NCBI GenBank assembly: GCA_031430645.1
Contig: JANPBY010000101.1
Span: forward strand, 6,112-70,111
Direction: 5' to 3'
DNA from: Actinomycetes bacterium
GTDB lineage: Bacteria; Actinomycetota; Actinomycetes; DATJPE01
Length of the DNA stretch: 64,000 nucleotides
In this document: piece after piece, positions 1 to 9,353 of the stretch
How positions within the stretch are numbered: the stretch's first letter is position 1
How the letters are laid out: every line of letters starts with the position of its first letter
Position numbers and translations under genes: made by a program
The notes under the pieces: model-generated
The model's input: the letters and a program-made list of their open reading frames with translations, nothing else
What the model was told of the DNA's origin: nothing
Databases searched by the model: none

Positions 1-322
1 CGGGGTCGTGGATGGGCAAGCCCAGCATGGTCGCGAAGTCATTTCCCGTTCCTGCGGGTACGGCGCCCAACGGAGTCGAAGTCCCGGCTACACACTGAAG
101 GGCGAGGTGAATCATCCCGTCGCCCCCCACTGCGACGAGCGCGTCCACTCCCCGGGCCACGGCCTCGCGGCCAAGCCGAAGCGCACCCTCCGCATCGGGC
201 CCAACGAGGCGCTCGACCGTGACCCCTCCGGCAGTCAGCCGCTCGGCGGCGATCCGGCCCTCCGCCTCGCCCCGGCCCTTGCCCGCGGTCGGGTTGACCA
301 GAAGGGCAACGGTTCGGGTCAC
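1..322 (-). CDS. Diacylglycerol kinase catalytic-domain family lipid kinase (YegS/DagK-like), N-terminal part. The gene continues beyond the window start.
   Basis: Reverse-strand translation from GTG at 320-322 gives VTRTVALLVNPTAGKGRG...AVGGDGMIHLALQ...LGAVPAGTGNDFA. This contains the GGDG and GTGND motifs typical of DAGK_cat lipid kinases. It is absent from the ORF track because no stop falls inside the window. Confidence 0.55.
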   Translation of the reverse strand, partial: MTRTVALLVNPTAGKGRGEAEGRIAAERLTAGGVTVERLVGPDAEGALRLGREAVARGVDALVAVGGDGMIHLALQCVAGTSTPLGAVPAGTGNDFATMLGLPIHDP

Positions 323-350
323 GGCCGAGACGCTACCGGCAGCGCAGACC

Positions 351-1238
351 TCAGTCCGCGGACTCGCTCAGGTCGCTTGGGGTGGTGTCGAGGTCGCTTG
401 GGGTGGCATCCAGCGTCGAGGTCTCGTCGTCGTCCCACTCGTCGTAGACCGGGCGTCCCCTGCCGCGGCGCCGATCGTTGAGGGAGGCAAGCCCCATCGC
501 GATGAAGATCAGGCCCATGATGGGCACAGCCAGCAGGCTGAGGTTGAGCACATCGCCCGTCGGGGTGGCGATGGCGGCGAAGATCCAGGTGCCCAAGACC
601 ACCTCGCGCCACCGGCCCCACAACGTGGCGCCGGACACAACCCCCGCGGCGTTCAACATGATGAGAAACACGGGCAGCAGGAAGCCGATCCCGAAGAACA
701 GGCACATCCGGAGCACGAAGGTCAGATAGTCGTCCAATGGAACCAGGTTGTCGGTCTGATCGGGGGTGAACCCGAGCAGGACCCCCAGACCCTTGGGCAA
801 GGCCCAGTAGGCGAAGGCGATACCCAGGCAGAACAGCGGGACCGCAGCCGCGATGAAGCCGAAGGCCCAGCGCCGTTCGTGACGATGCATGCCGGGGGTG
901 ACGAAGCGCCACAGCTGATACAGCCAGACCGGCGAGGACAGGACGAGGCCGACATAGGCCGCGAGCTTGAGCTGAAGGCTGAACGCGCTTCCCACGCCGC
1001 CGATAACACTGATGCCGACGTTCTGCCCTTGGGCCTGCAACTCAGCGACGGCGACGTCTGCCGGGTGCCTGAGGAAGGCGAAGATCGGCTCGTAGAAGAC
1101 CCAGCCGATGATGCTCGCGAGGGCAACCGCCACAGCCGAGATGACCATCCGGCGCCGAAGCTCGCGCAAGTGCTCGGTCAGCGTCATTCGGCCCTCGGTG
1201 GGCCGAGGGGTCCGGCGCCGCCTCAGCAGCATGACCAC
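351..1238 (-). CDS. tatC: Twin-arginine translocase subunit TatC
   Basis: 295-aa multi-pass membrane protein with a TatC-like N-terminus (MTLTEHLRELRRR) and about six hydrophobic segments. It sits directly downstream of tatA, as in the M. tuberculosis Rv2094c-Rv2093c arrangement. The true start may be the internal Met at about 1187. Confidence 0.85.
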   Translation of the reverse strand: MVMLLRRRRTPRPTEGRMTLTEHLRELRRRMVISAVAVALASIIGWVFYEPIFAFLRHPADVAVAELQAQGQNVGISVIGGVGSAFSLQLKLAAYVGLVLSSPVWLYQLWRFVTPGMHRHERRWAFGFIAAAVPLFCLGIAFAYWALPKGLGVLLGFTPDQTDNLVPLDDYLTFVLRMCLFFGIGFLLPVFLIMLNAAGVVSGATLWGRWREVVLGTWIFAAIATPTGDVLNLSLLAVPIMGLIFIAMGLASLNDRRRGRGRPVYDEWDDDETSTLDATPSDLDTTPSDLSESAD

Positions 1239-1276
1239 GGCCTAGGCGATTTGGTGTCGGGTGGGCGCGCGCCGCG

Positions 1277-1570
1277 TCAGCGGTCGACGGGAGCGCCGGG
1301 ATCGACCGGCGGTGCCGCCGCCGGAGACGCCTCGGGAGCCCCAACGGGCGGGGACGTGTCCACGGGGGTGATCGCGGGGGGCGTCACTTGTTGCACTGTG
1401 GTCGTGGGGGGAGCGGCTTCGTCGTCGTTGACCAGGCCCTTGGTCTCGGCCTTGAAGATGCGCAGGGAGCGCCCGAGTCCACGGGCAGCGTCCGGGAGTC
1501 GCTTGGCGCCGAACAGCAGCACGACGACTAGCAGGATCAAGACGATCTCGATCGGCTTCAGGTTAGGCAT
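1277..1570 (-). CDS. tatA: Twin-arginine translocase TatA/E family subunit
   Basis: [42 protein letters not shown] is the canonical TatA transmembrane helix plus amphipathic helix. A GAGAGG Shine-Dalgarno lies about 7 nt upstream of ATG 1570. The C-terminal tail is Pro/Ala-rich. Confidence 0.85.
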   Translation of the reverse strand: MPNLKPIEIVLILLVVVLLFGAKRLPDAARGLGRSLRIFKAETKGLVNDDEAAPPTTTVQQVTPPAITPVDTSPPVGAPEASPAAAPPVDPGAPVDR

Positions 1571-1640
1571 GAGCAACCTCTCGTCTGCGGACGCCCTCAG
1601 CGTACCTCGTGGCCTCCGGTCAGCCGAGGAGCGCGCTCGA

Positions 1641-1976
1641 TCAGCGCGCGTGCAGGAGGGGTTGTACGGCGGGGACCACGGTGTCGTGGCCGTGCAGCCA
1701 CAGCGCGAAGTCGAGGAGGTCGTCGTAGCTCAACGCGGGACCCTCGTGCTCCTCCAGCGCCTCAGCGGGAATGTGCCACTGCTGGGCGCGCACTCCCCCG
1801 GAGACGAGCAGCGCGACGATCTCCTCATCGGCGGGCTTCTTGACCTCATCGGCGCAGGCAGGGCAGTCGAAGGCGTACGTCGACCAGTCCGTGCGCGTGC
1901 AAACGACCAGCCGGAGATCGGCAGGCTTGAGGTCGACGTCCCCACACGTGGGGCACGAGGCCTTGATCGTGGTCAT
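1641..1976 (-). CDS. Small conserved hypothetical protein with two CxxC pairs (zinc-ribbon-like)
   Basis: 111-aa ORF between pafC and tatA with motifs CPTCGD and CPAC. Third-position GC bias supports coding. It is co-oriented with and closely spaced to the paf and tat genes. Confidence 0.5.
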   Translation of the reverse strand: MTTIKASCPTCGDVDLKPADLRLVVCTRTDWSTYAFDCPACADEVKKPADEEIVALLVSGGVRAQQWHIPAEALEEHEGPALSYDDLLDFALWLHGHDTVVPAVQPLLHAR

Positions 1977-2137
1977 GACAGGTCCTCCCCTGAGGACCGG
2001 CGATGAACGATGAACAAGCGGCTGAGCCGAACGAATGAAGAGCGATGATTGAGCGGTTGGTCCTCACACAGGGCTTCGGCATCGGTGACGCCGACCTTGA
2101 CTCCTGGCGGCCACGATCACGACTGCGACCCGAGCGG

Positions 2138-3091
2138 TCAGGCGTATGCGCTTAGCGCCTCGGCGGCAGTCAGCCGCACCTCCGCCGCCAGAGACTCGGG
2201 TGCGACCACCGTCGCCCCGCCCGCCAGCCGGAGGACGAGTCGGCGCGCCCAGGCCAACTCCGGTGTTCGAAGGGTGACTCGCAGGCCGCCGTCCGCGTTC
2301 TCCACGGCCGCCTCGACAGGGTGATAGTCGATAACCCAACGCGCGTGTGGTGCCAGGTCTAGGACCACGAGAAGGTCAGTGGGGGTGCCGTGCCAGTTCC
2401 CCCCTGCCTGAGCGACGTCGGAGAGCGCGGCCTCCAGAGGCGGGGCCGAGGGTTCCTCAAGAACCTCAACGGAGACGATGCGGTCAAGCCTGAAGGTGCG
2501 CACTGCCTCGGTTGAGTGGCACCAGCCCTGGAGGTAGCCCGCGGTGGCGACGGTCACCAAGCGCATCGGGTCGACGGCGCGCTCAGACACTTCGTCGCGG
2601 GTCGGTGTCCAGTAGGAAAGTTGCAGCCGGCGCCCACGGGCCAATGCATCCTGCACGGCACCGACGACCGCGTCGTCGGCGACTGGCCAATCGGTCCCGG
2701 CTCCGGTGACCGTGGATGCTGACACCCCAATGGCCTCCTCGACCTTGGCCAGGGCGTGGTCCACCACCTCCCGATCTGCCAGCCCGGGGACAGCAGCGAG
2801 GGACCGGAGACCGACGAGCAGGGTGACAGCCTCGTCGACCCGCAACTGCATCGGGCGATCGACACTTTGCGCGTCGATGACCGTGATCTCGTCGTCCCAG
2901 AAATCGATGTCCAGGCTCGCGAGGGTGTCGCGTCCGACCTCGGCGCACGCCGCAAGCTCGAGGTCCGCCTCGAGCTGCGCACCGGAGATCGCGAAGGTGC
3001 GAGCAGCCTCTGCCTTGGTGACGCCTGGGTGGGCGACCAGCCAAGGGATGAGAGTGAGCAACCGCGTGAGTTGGTCCGAAGCACCGGCCAT
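2138..3091 (-). CDS. pafC: Proteasome accessory factor PafC (HTH plus WYL-domain transcription regulator)
   Basis: 317-aa protein in the position of PafC (Rv2095c). Its ATG overlaps the pafB TGA by one nucleotide (TGATG), and the domain layout is WYL-type. Confidence 0.75.
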   Translation of the reverse strand: MAGASDQLTRLLTLIPWLVAHPGVTKAEAARTFAISGAQLEADLELAACAEVGRDTLASLDIDFWDDEITVIDAQSVDRPMQLRVDEAVTLLVGLRSLAAVPGLADREVVDHALAKVEEAIGVSASTVTGAGTDWPVADDAVVGAVQDALARGRRLQLSYWTPTRDEVSERAVDPMRLVTVATAGYLQGWCHSTEAVRTFRLDRIVSVEVLEEPSAPPLEAALSDVAQAGGNWHGTPTDLLVVLDLAPHARWVIDYHPVEAAVENADGGLRVTLRTPELAWARRLVLRLAGGATVVAPESLAAEVRLTAAEALSAYA

Positions 3092-4038
3092 CAGGTGTTC
3101 CCCGCCAGGGTCGTCAGAGCCGCGACGACGAGTTCGCGCGTCCTGCTGGGCTCCTCCACGACAACGTCGACCCCGTAGGCCAGCACCTCACGGGCGAACG
3201 CTTCGTCGTCGCGCGTCGTCAGAGTGAGTCGGTCCCAGCCCTGGCCCAGGGACACCACCCCAGTAGCCCGCCGACGCAGGTTGTGCCCAGTTCCCTCCCG
3301 AACCCGGACCTGAGCCGGATGGGCTTCCCGGCCAGCCGATGGGTCAGCGACCAAGGTGGAGATGTCGGCATCCTGAGGAATGTCGAAGGCGGCCGCGGGA
3401 CCGTTCGTCTGGACGGACCCGGCGATCCGGTCGAGCCGGAAGGCTCGCGGTGCCTCCCGATCAAGATCGTGGCCGACGACATACCAGCGCCCGCGTCGGC
3501 TGACGACTCCCCACGGCTGGAGGCGCCGAGACTTAGAAGTGGTGGCACCGCTCGGTCTGTGGTCGAACGTGATCCCCTGCCGCCGGGCGATGGCCTGGGC
3601 AATCGGACCGAATGCCTGCTCCCCACCTGCCAACCTTGGCTCCACGAGGGACAGCGCTCCGGGGTCGACGTCTACGCCAGCGGCCTCGAGCTTGCGCAGC
3701 GCTCGGTCTGCAGCTGCCGCCCCTTCGGCGTGCCAGACTCGCCGGGCCAGGCCGAGCAGTGCCGCCTCCGCACTCGTGAAGGTCACTGGCGGAAGGGCAT
3801 GTGCGGACAGGTCGACGCGATAGCCCTCCTCGTCCCCACCGCTGACCGTCTCCAGGGGAACGCCGAGATCGCGAAGCTCAGCCTTGTCGCGCTCGAAGGT
3901 CTTTTCGAACGCTTCGTCGCTGACGGCTGTGGAATAGTCCTCGATGGCGTCGCGCAACTGCCGTTTGGTCACCGGTCGTTGTGCCTGGGAAAGACAAAGC
4001 AGTACCTCGAGGAGGCGCTCGGTCTTGTTGGCAGTCAC
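3091..4038 (-). CDS. pafB: Proteasome accessory factor PafB (HTH plus WYL-domain regulator)
   Basis: A GTG start at 4036-4038 is preceded by AGGAGG. The N-terminal HTH reads TANKTERLLEVLLCLSQAQRPVTKRQLRDAIEDYS. The longer 393-aa ORF-track version carries a non-coding-looking extension. Confidence 0.75.
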   Translation of the reverse strand: MTANKTERLLEVLLCLSQAQRPVTKRQLRDAIEDYSTAVSDEAFEKTFERDKAELRDLGVPLETVSGGDEEGYRVDLSAHALPPVTFTSAEAALLGLARRVWHAEGAAAADRALRKLEAAGVDVDPGALSLVEPRLAGGEQAFGPIAQAIARRQGITFDHRPSGATTSKSRRLQPWGVVSRRGRWYVVGHDLDREAPRAFRLDRIAGSVQTNGPAAAFDIPQDADISTLVADPSAGREAHPAQVRVREGTGHNLRRRATGVVSLGQGWDRLTLTTRDDEAFAREVLAYGVDVVVEEPSRTRELVVAALTTLAGNT

Positions 4039-4073
4039 ACAACCTCCTGGTGCCGTGCGTCGTTCAGGGGGAT

Positions 4074-4445
4074 TCAGTGGGCGTCGAGCAAGTCGATCAC
4101 GAAGACCAGGGTCTGACCGCCCAGCCGGTGGCCACTGCTTGCTGGGCCATACGCCAACTCGGGAGGAACGACGAGTTGACGGCGTCCGCCGACGCGCATT
4201 CCGGGAATACCGTCCTGCCAGCCCTGGATCAGGCCCTTGAGCGGGAACTCGATGGGCTCGCCGCGGTCCCACGAGGCGTCGAACTGCTCACCGGTCACGA
4301 AGTCGACTCCGACGTAGTGGACGAGGACCCGACCACCGGGAACCGCCTCAGCTCCCGTCCCCACGACCACATCAGCAATCGACAACTCCGTCGGCGGCTC
4401 GCCGCCCGGGAACTCGATGTCAGGCTTCTCGCTCAGGTCGGTCAT
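4074..4445 (-). CDS. FKBP-type peptidyl-prolyl cis-trans isomerase (single domain, cytoplasmic)
   Basis: 123-aa protein with FKBP signature segments (VHYVGVDFVTGEQFDASWDRGEPIEFPLKGLIQGWQDGIPGMRVGGRRQLVVPPELAYG). Confidence 0.85.
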   Translation of the reverse strand: MTDLSEKPDIEFPGGEPPTELSIADVVVGTGAEAVPGGRVLVHYVGVDFVTGEQFDASWDRGEPIEFPLKGLIQGWQDGIPGMRVGGRRQLVVPPELAYGPASSGHRLGGQTLVFVIDLLDAH

Positions 4446-4457
4446 CGTGGACTCTCT

Positions 4458-5447
4458 TCAGCTTGTGGGTGGGATCGCGTCGATGATGTCGACAACGACG
4501 GCTGTGCTGTCGATCGCCGGATCGCCGGCGGGTTCGGCCGGCACCAGCAGAAGCACTTGGCTACCGACCGGGATCCCGACCAACTTGTCGAATGGAGTTG
4601 CAGAACCCTCGACACCCACCGCGACGCCTAGGGGCTGCCCTGTAGACCAAGTGGATCCGAGTGCATTGTTGTTCCAGGTCACGGCTTCGTACTGAACCAC
4701 GACGAAGGATCCTTCGACGATCTGCGGCCCGTCCCCGCGGGCCAGGACCACCGTCGTCACCTCTGTGGGAGGAGCACTGCCCGCGGGCACAGTCAAGGTC
4801 GGCCGAGTCCCCGGGAAGCCGCTGACCGTCGGCAACCCCGTGAGGTTGGGGTTGCTGGGCGTTGATCCGGAATCCGACGTTGCTCCGGCGGAATAGGCAC
4901 GGAGAATGTCCACCACGAAGACGAGGGTGTCGTCGCCGCTGATCTTCGCGTCGGGCTGTCCGGCCTCGCCGTAGCCGAGCGACGGCGGGATCGCCATCAC
5001 GACGCGACTGCCCACGGTCTGCCCGACCAGCGCCGCGTCCCATCCGGGAATGACTTTCCCGACCCCGATGGCGAAGGACGTCGGTGTCGGGCGACCGAAA
5101 GAGGAGTCGAAGACGTTCCCGTCATCCCAGGTCTCCCCGAGGTAGTTGACGATCAAGAGGTCACCGACCTTGACCACGGGACCCGAGCCGGTGACCAGGG
5201 TCTTGGTCACGAGCGCATCGGCAGGGTCTTCCTCTGGAATGGTGATCTTGGGGGTCTCCCCAAATCCACCCTCCACATCAGGGATCGGCCCGGCCGCGGT
5301 CACGATGGGGGCCGGGGCGGACGCAGACGGGGAGGCAGCTGATCCGGCGGAGGAGCCGCCACACGCACTCATCAACGTCGCCAAGGCGACCGCTGTCAGT
5401 GAAAGAGCGAGGTGGTGCGGGGTACGGCGGCGCACGGGTGAACTCAT
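4458..5447 (-). CDS. FKBP-type peptidyl-prolyl isomerase lipoprotein with tandem FKBP domains
   Basis: N-terminal signal plus lipobox (LMSACGG), then two FKBP domains (…VNYLGETWDDGNVFDSSF… and …VQYEAVTWNNNALGSTWS…). Confidence 0.8.
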   Translation of the reverse strand: MSSPVRRRTPHHLALSLTAVALATLMSACGGSSAGSAASPSASAPAPIVTAAGPIPDVEGGFGETPKITIPEEDPADALVTKTLVTGSGPVVKVGDLLIVNYLGETWDDGNVFDSSFGRPTPTSFAIGVGKVIPGWDAALVGQTVGSRVVMAIPPSLGYGEAGQPDAKISGDDTLVFVVDILRAYSAGATSDSGSTPSNPNLTGLPTVSGFPGTRPTLTVPAGSAPPTEVTTVVLARGDGPQIVEGSFVVVQYEAVTWNNNALGSTWSTGQPLGVAVGVEGSATPFDKLVGIPVGSQVLLLVPAEPAGDPAIDSTAVVVDIIDAIPPTS

Positions 5448-5495
5448 CTCGATCGGGGGAGATCAAACCCTAACCCGGGAGGACAGGTGTCCCTC

Positions 5496-6857
5496 TCACA
5501 TGGAGGCGATGAGGCGTTCCACCCGCTCGTCGACCGATCGAAATGGGTCCTTGCACAGCACAGTGCGCTGGGCTTGGTCATTGAGCTTGAGATGGACCCA
5601 GTCGACGGTGAAGTCCCGACGGTTCTCCTGAGCCTTCTTGATGAATTCGCCGCGGAGCTTGGCCCTGGTCGTCTGCGGAGGAACGGACTTGGCTTGAAAC
5701 ACGTCGAGATCTCGGGTTACCCGTTCCACCTGACCCTTGCGTTCGAGCAAGGTGTACAGCCCCCGACGCCGATCGATGTCGTGATACGCGAGGTCGAGCT
5801 GGGCGATCCTCGGGGACTCGAGGGGCAGGTCGTGCTTGACCATGTAGCGTTCGAGGAGCCGCTTCTTGATGACCCAGTCGATCTCACGTTCGATGGGGCC
5901 GAAATTCTGGCTCTCGACCGCGGTCAGGGTGCGCTCCCAGAGGTCCAGCACCTGCTTGGTGACACCCTCGTCGATGCCTCTGCGGGCGGCGAAGTCGCAG
6001 GCCCGGGTGAGGTATTCGGTCTGGATGTCCAACGCTGACACCTCGCGACCGTTGATTAATCGGACGGTGCGACGTCCGGTCGTGTCGTGGGAGATCTCCC
6101 GAATCGCCCGAATCGGGTTCTCCAGGGTGAGGTCCCTCATGACGACGCCGGACTCGATCAGTTGCAGGACCAGGTCAGCCGAGCCGACCTTGAGCAGCGT
6201 CGTGGTCTCAGCCATGTTCGAGTCGCCGACGATGACATGAAGGCGTCGGTATTTCTCGGCGTCAGCGTGTGGCTCGTCACGGGTGTTGATGATGGGGCGC
6301 GAGCGCGTCGTGGCGGACGAGACCCCCTCCCAGATGTGCTCGGCGCGCTGACTCACGCAAAAGACCGCGCCCCGCGGGGTCTGCAACACCTTCCCGGCCC
6401 CGCAGATCATCTGCCGACTGACCAGGAACGGGATCAAGATGTCAGACAGGCGCCCGAAATCCCCGGAGCGCCCCACGAGGTAGTTCTCGTGACACCCGTA
6501 TGAGTTCCCAGCCGAGTCTGTGTTGTTCTTGAACAAGTAGACGTCGCCGGGGATGCCCTCCTCGTGGAGACGACGTTCCGCATCGACGAGCAGGCCTTCG
6601 AGGATGCGTTCGCCGGCCTTGTCGTGGGTGACGAGATCGATGAGCGAGTCGCATTCTGGGGTCGCGTACTCAGGGTGGCTCCCGACGTCAAGGTAAAGAC
6701 GAGCGCCGTTGCGGAGGAAGACGTTGGACGATCGACCCCACGAGACCACGCGCCGAAACAAGTAGCGCGCGACCTCATCCGGTGAGAGCCGGCGTTGGCC
6801 CTTGAACGTGCACGTGACGCCGTACTCGTTCTCCAACCCGAAGATCCGACGCTCCAT
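5496..6857 (-). CDS. pafA: Pup--protein ligase PafA
   Basis: [16 protein letters not shown] start plus the carboxylate-amine ligase core shared with Dop ([45 protein letters not shown]). Position matches Rv2097c. Confidence 0.9.
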   Translation of the reverse strand: MERRIFGLENEYGVTCTFKGQRRLSPDEVARYLFRRVVSWGRSSNVFLRNGARLYLDVGSHPEYATPECDSLIDLVTHDKAGERILEGLLVDAERRLHEEGIPGDVYLFKNNTDSAGNSYGCHENYLVGRSGDFGRLSDILIPFLVSRQMICGAGKVLQTPRGAVFCVSQRAEHIWEGVSSATTRSRPIINTRDEPHADAEKYRRLHVIVGDSNMAETTTLLKVGSADLVLQLIESGVVMRDLTLENPIRAIREISHDTTGRRTVRLINGREVSALDIQTEYLTRACDFAARRGIDEGVTKQVLDLWERTLTAVESQNFGPIEREIDWVIKKRLLERYMVKHDLPLESPRIAQLDLAYHDIDRRRGLYTLLERKGQVERVTRDLDVFQAKSVPPQTTRAKLRGEFIKKAQENRRDFTVDWVHLKLNDQAQRTVLCKDPFRSVDERVERLIASM

Positions 6858-6876
6858 GACCACCTACCTCCGCGGA

Positions 6877-7572
6877 TCAGCCAGCAAGCAAGGCGGCGAG
6901 GCGCGAGTTGGCGATGCGTCTGAACTTTCGGGGCGCGTCTCGGGTCCGATCCAGGACGGCGACTTCGAGTTGAGCCGGCTCGAGGGTGCGGGTTTCGGCG
7001 GCGCCGTGTTCGCCGAGGAGGCGTACGGCGGTGCGCAACGCCTCGCCAAGCTCCATCCCGTCTGAATAGGCGACCTCGAGCGCGTCGGAGATCGCCTCGG
7101 ACTGGCCACCCATGGCGACGTAGCCGTGCTCGTCGCCGACCGAACCGTCGAACGTCAGTCGGTAGAGCTGATCATCCTCGACCGACTCGCCCACCTCCGC
7201 GACCACGATCTCGACCTCATAGGGCTTGTTGTTCTCTGTAAAGATTGTGCCCAGGGTTTGGGCGTAGGCGTTGGCGAGTCCGCGGCCGGAGACATCCCGC
7301 CGGTCGTAGGAATAGCCGCGCACATCGGCCAGCCGCACCCCGGCGACCCGAAGGTTCTCAAACTCGTTGTACTTGCCCACGGCAGCGAAAGCGATGCGAT
7401 CGTAGATTTCACTGACCTTGTGAAGTGCACGGGAGGGGTTCTCCGCAACGAAAAGAATGCCATCGGCGTATTGCACGACGACGACACTTCGACCCCGGGC
7501 GATTCCCTTGCGGGCGTAGTCGGCCTTGTCCTTGATGACCTGCTCAGGCGAGACATAGAACGGCATCGACAT
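6877..7572 (-). CDS. prcA: 20S proteasome alpha subunit
   Basis: [75 protein letters not shown] is near-colinear with mycobacterial PrcA. Confidence 0.92.
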   Translation of the reverse strand: MSMPFYVSPEQVIKDKADYARKGIARGRSVVVVQYADGILFVAENPSRALHKVSEIYDRIAFAAVGKYNEFENLRVAGVRLADVRGYSYDRRDVSGRGLANAYAQTLGTIFTENNKPYEVEIVVAEVGESVEDDQLYRLTFDGSVGDEHGYVAMGGQSEAISDALEVAYSDGMELGEALRTAVRLLGEHGAAETRTLEPAQLEVAVLDRTRDAPRKFRRIANSRLAALLAG

Positions 7573-7600
7573 GGTGATCCCTCCTCTCAGTAAGGTCCGG

Positions 7601-8443
7601 TCACGTCAGGGGCGCGAGTGGGCCATCAGGACGGGTGTTCCTGGCGTCGACGACTGCCCGAACGATGGTCGACACAGCGGCGTCGGTGTAGCGGGTGTAG
7701 CCGTCGGCGGTGACGACGGCCACAACCGGGAAGATCCCTCGGGTGAGATCCGGACCTCCAGTCGCGGAATCGTCGTCGGCGGCGTCATAGAGGGCCTGCA
7801 CGCACGCCCCCACGACCTCGTCGGCTGTGAGGTCGTCGCGATACAGCTTCTTCAACGAGCCTCGGGCAAACATCGACCCGGAACCGACCGCATGGAACGC
7901 CAGCTCCTCGTAGCGACCACCTGTCACATCGAAGGAGATGATGCGGCCCCTATCGCTCTCCTGGTCGTATCCCGCAAACATGGGCACGACGGCGAGGCCC
8001 TGCATGGCCATCGCAAGATTCCCTCTGATCATGGCCGCCAATCGGTTGGCCTTGCCGTCGAGGGAGAGCGTGGTGCCCTCAATCTTCTCGTAGTGTTCGA
8101 GTTCGACCTGGAACAGGCGTACGACCTCGATCGCCAAGCCAGCTGTTCCCGCAATGCCGATGCAGGAGAACTCATCCGCCGGGAAGACCTTCTCGATGTC
8201 ACGCTGGGCGATGACGTTGCCCATGGTGGCGCGCCGGTCGCCCGCCATGACGACACCACCGGGGAAGGTAGCCGCCACGATGGTTGTGCCATGGGGCGCG
8301 TCGAAGGAACGGCCCTCAGGCAACACGTGAGAGCCGGGAAGAAGACTGGGTGCGAATCCCGACAGAAAATCGGTGAACGAAGACGTCCCGACGCTCATGA
8401 AGGCGGCCGGGAGCCGCCCTCCGGCTGAGAAGCTGGTGGTCAT
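7601..8443 (-). CDS. prcB: 20S proteasome beta subunit with propeptide
   Basis: Propeptide followed by the HG|TTIVA Thr-1 processing site, then Ntn-hydrolase core. The start ATG overlaps the pup stop (ATGA). Confidence 0.92.
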   Translation of the reverse strand: MTTSFSAGGRLPAAFMSVGTSSFTDFLSGFAPSLLPGSHVLPEGRSFDAPHGTTIVAATFPGGVVMAGDRRATMGNVIAQRDIEKVFPADEFSCIGIAGTAGLAIEVVRLFQVELEHYEKIEGTTLSLDGKANRLAAMIRGNLAMAMQGLAVVPMFAGYDQESDRGRIISFDVTGGRYEELAFHAVGSGSMFARGSLKKLYRDDLTADEVVGACVQALYDAADDDSATGGPDLTRGIFPVVAVVTADGYTRYTDAAVSTIVRAVVDARNTRPDGPLAPLT

Positions 8444-8694
8444 TGCCCGCCCTTCTGGACAAACCCACGGACGAACTCCTCGGAGTTGGTCTCGAGCACT
8501 TCGTCGATCTCGTCCAGGATCGCGTCGATGTCGTCGTCGAGGACGGCCTTTCGTTCAGCGACTTCGGCTGCGGTGGCGTCCTGGACTGCAGCCTCATCGC
8601 CGGTCTCAGCCGCTGTCTCATCGCGGCGGCCGACCTTTTCTTGGCCGCCACCGGTGTCTTTGGTCGCCATCGCCGCCTCCTGCTCCTGCGCCAT
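8440..8694 (-). CDS. pup: Prokaryotic ubiquitin-like protein Pup
   Basis: C-terminal ...[11 protein letters not shown] with the acidic helix [15 protein letters not shown] is diagnostic for Pup. An alternative start at the second ATG (about 8670) has an AGGAGG Shine-Dalgarno 6 nt upstream. Confidence 0.9.
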   Translation of the reverse strand: MAQEQEAAMATKDTGGGQEKVGRRDETAAETGDEAAVQDATAAEVAERKAVLDDDIDAILDEIDEVLETNSEEFVRGFVQKGGQ

Positions 8695-8888
8695 CCTGCG
8701 CCGCTGGGCGCACGCACCTTGACCCTACCTATCGGCAGCCTGGGGAGTTCTCTCGCCACGCGTGCACCCTTGAGTTAGGCGTCCATGCTGCCGATAGCCA
8801 CCCGGTGAGCCCGTCCGAGCCCCGCCACGCCCGTAACCGGCGTGCTGCTGGGTCCACCACGGCGCAGCGCCGCTCGCGCGGGTGGCGA

Positions 8889-9353
8889 GTGGTCAACGGG
8901 GGGACGGCACTGGCCGCAGCTGGTGCGCTAACGGCGACGGCCTGGGGAACGGCTGCCCTGGCCGCAACGTCTGCCGCTGAAGCCGGTTCGCAGCCACCAG
9001 CCCCGTCCGCCAAGGAGCCACTTCCCACGGCCACTGCACTAGGGCCGACGCTGACTCCCCCCGCTACGCCTCCGACGGCTGCATCGAGCCCAGGGGCCTC
9101 GCCCAGGGGAAGCGCACCCGCACAGGGAAAGCCCGCATCCTCGCCAGCGTCCAGCACCTCGACGAAGCCGAAACCCGCTGCCAAGAAGTCGCCGGCATCA
9201 AGCAAGGCGACCACAAGGCCATCCTCGTCACCCAAGGCCAGTGCCTCACCGAAACCCAAGCCATCCTCTCCCAAGCCGTCACCGCCACCCTCCTCCAGTC
9301 AGCCTCCCGAGCCGACACCGGAGCCGAGCCCAACGCGCAGCTCAGGGTCGTGA
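8889..9353 (+). CDS. Possible secreted Pro/Ser/Thr/Ala/Lys-rich low-complexity protein. Coding frame is uncertain (see findings).
   Basis: A GTG at 8889 opens a signal-peptide-like MVNGGTALAAAGALTATAWGTAALAATSAAEA, followed by a long PSTAK-rich tract. Its TGA overlaps the apbE GTG (GTGA). However, the alternative frame (the apbE frame) has at least as strong third-position GC in this interval. Confidence 0.25.
   Translation: MVNGGTALAAAGALTATAWGTAALAATSAAEAGSQPPAPSAKEPLPTATALGPTLTPPATPPTAASSPGASPRGSAPAQGKPASSPASSTSTKPKPAAKKSPASSKATTRPSSSPKASASPKPKPSSPKPSPPPSSSQPPEPTPEPSPTRSSGS

Noticed and set aside
8-481. 157-aa plus-strand ORF at the window start
   Set aside because: It lies antisense to the DAGK-like gene and the tatC 3' end. 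There are no motifs, and the composition is Arg/Gly-rich.
219-2006. 595-aa plus-strand ORF spanning tatC, tatA and the Zn-ribbon gene
   Set aside because: Low-complexity Arg/Pro/Gly-rich translation. It lies antisense to three well-supported minus-strand genes. This is the typical spurious open frame of high-GC DNA.
3091-4272. 393-aa version of pafB
   Set aside because: The N-terminal 78 aa are Arg/Pro-rich and unlike HTH regulators. An internal GTG with AGGAGG gives a PafB-sized product.
8373-8888. 5' part of the 326-aa plus-strand ORF overlapping prcB and pup
   Set aside because: It is antisense to prcB/pup, so only the part after 8889 was considered as a possible gene.
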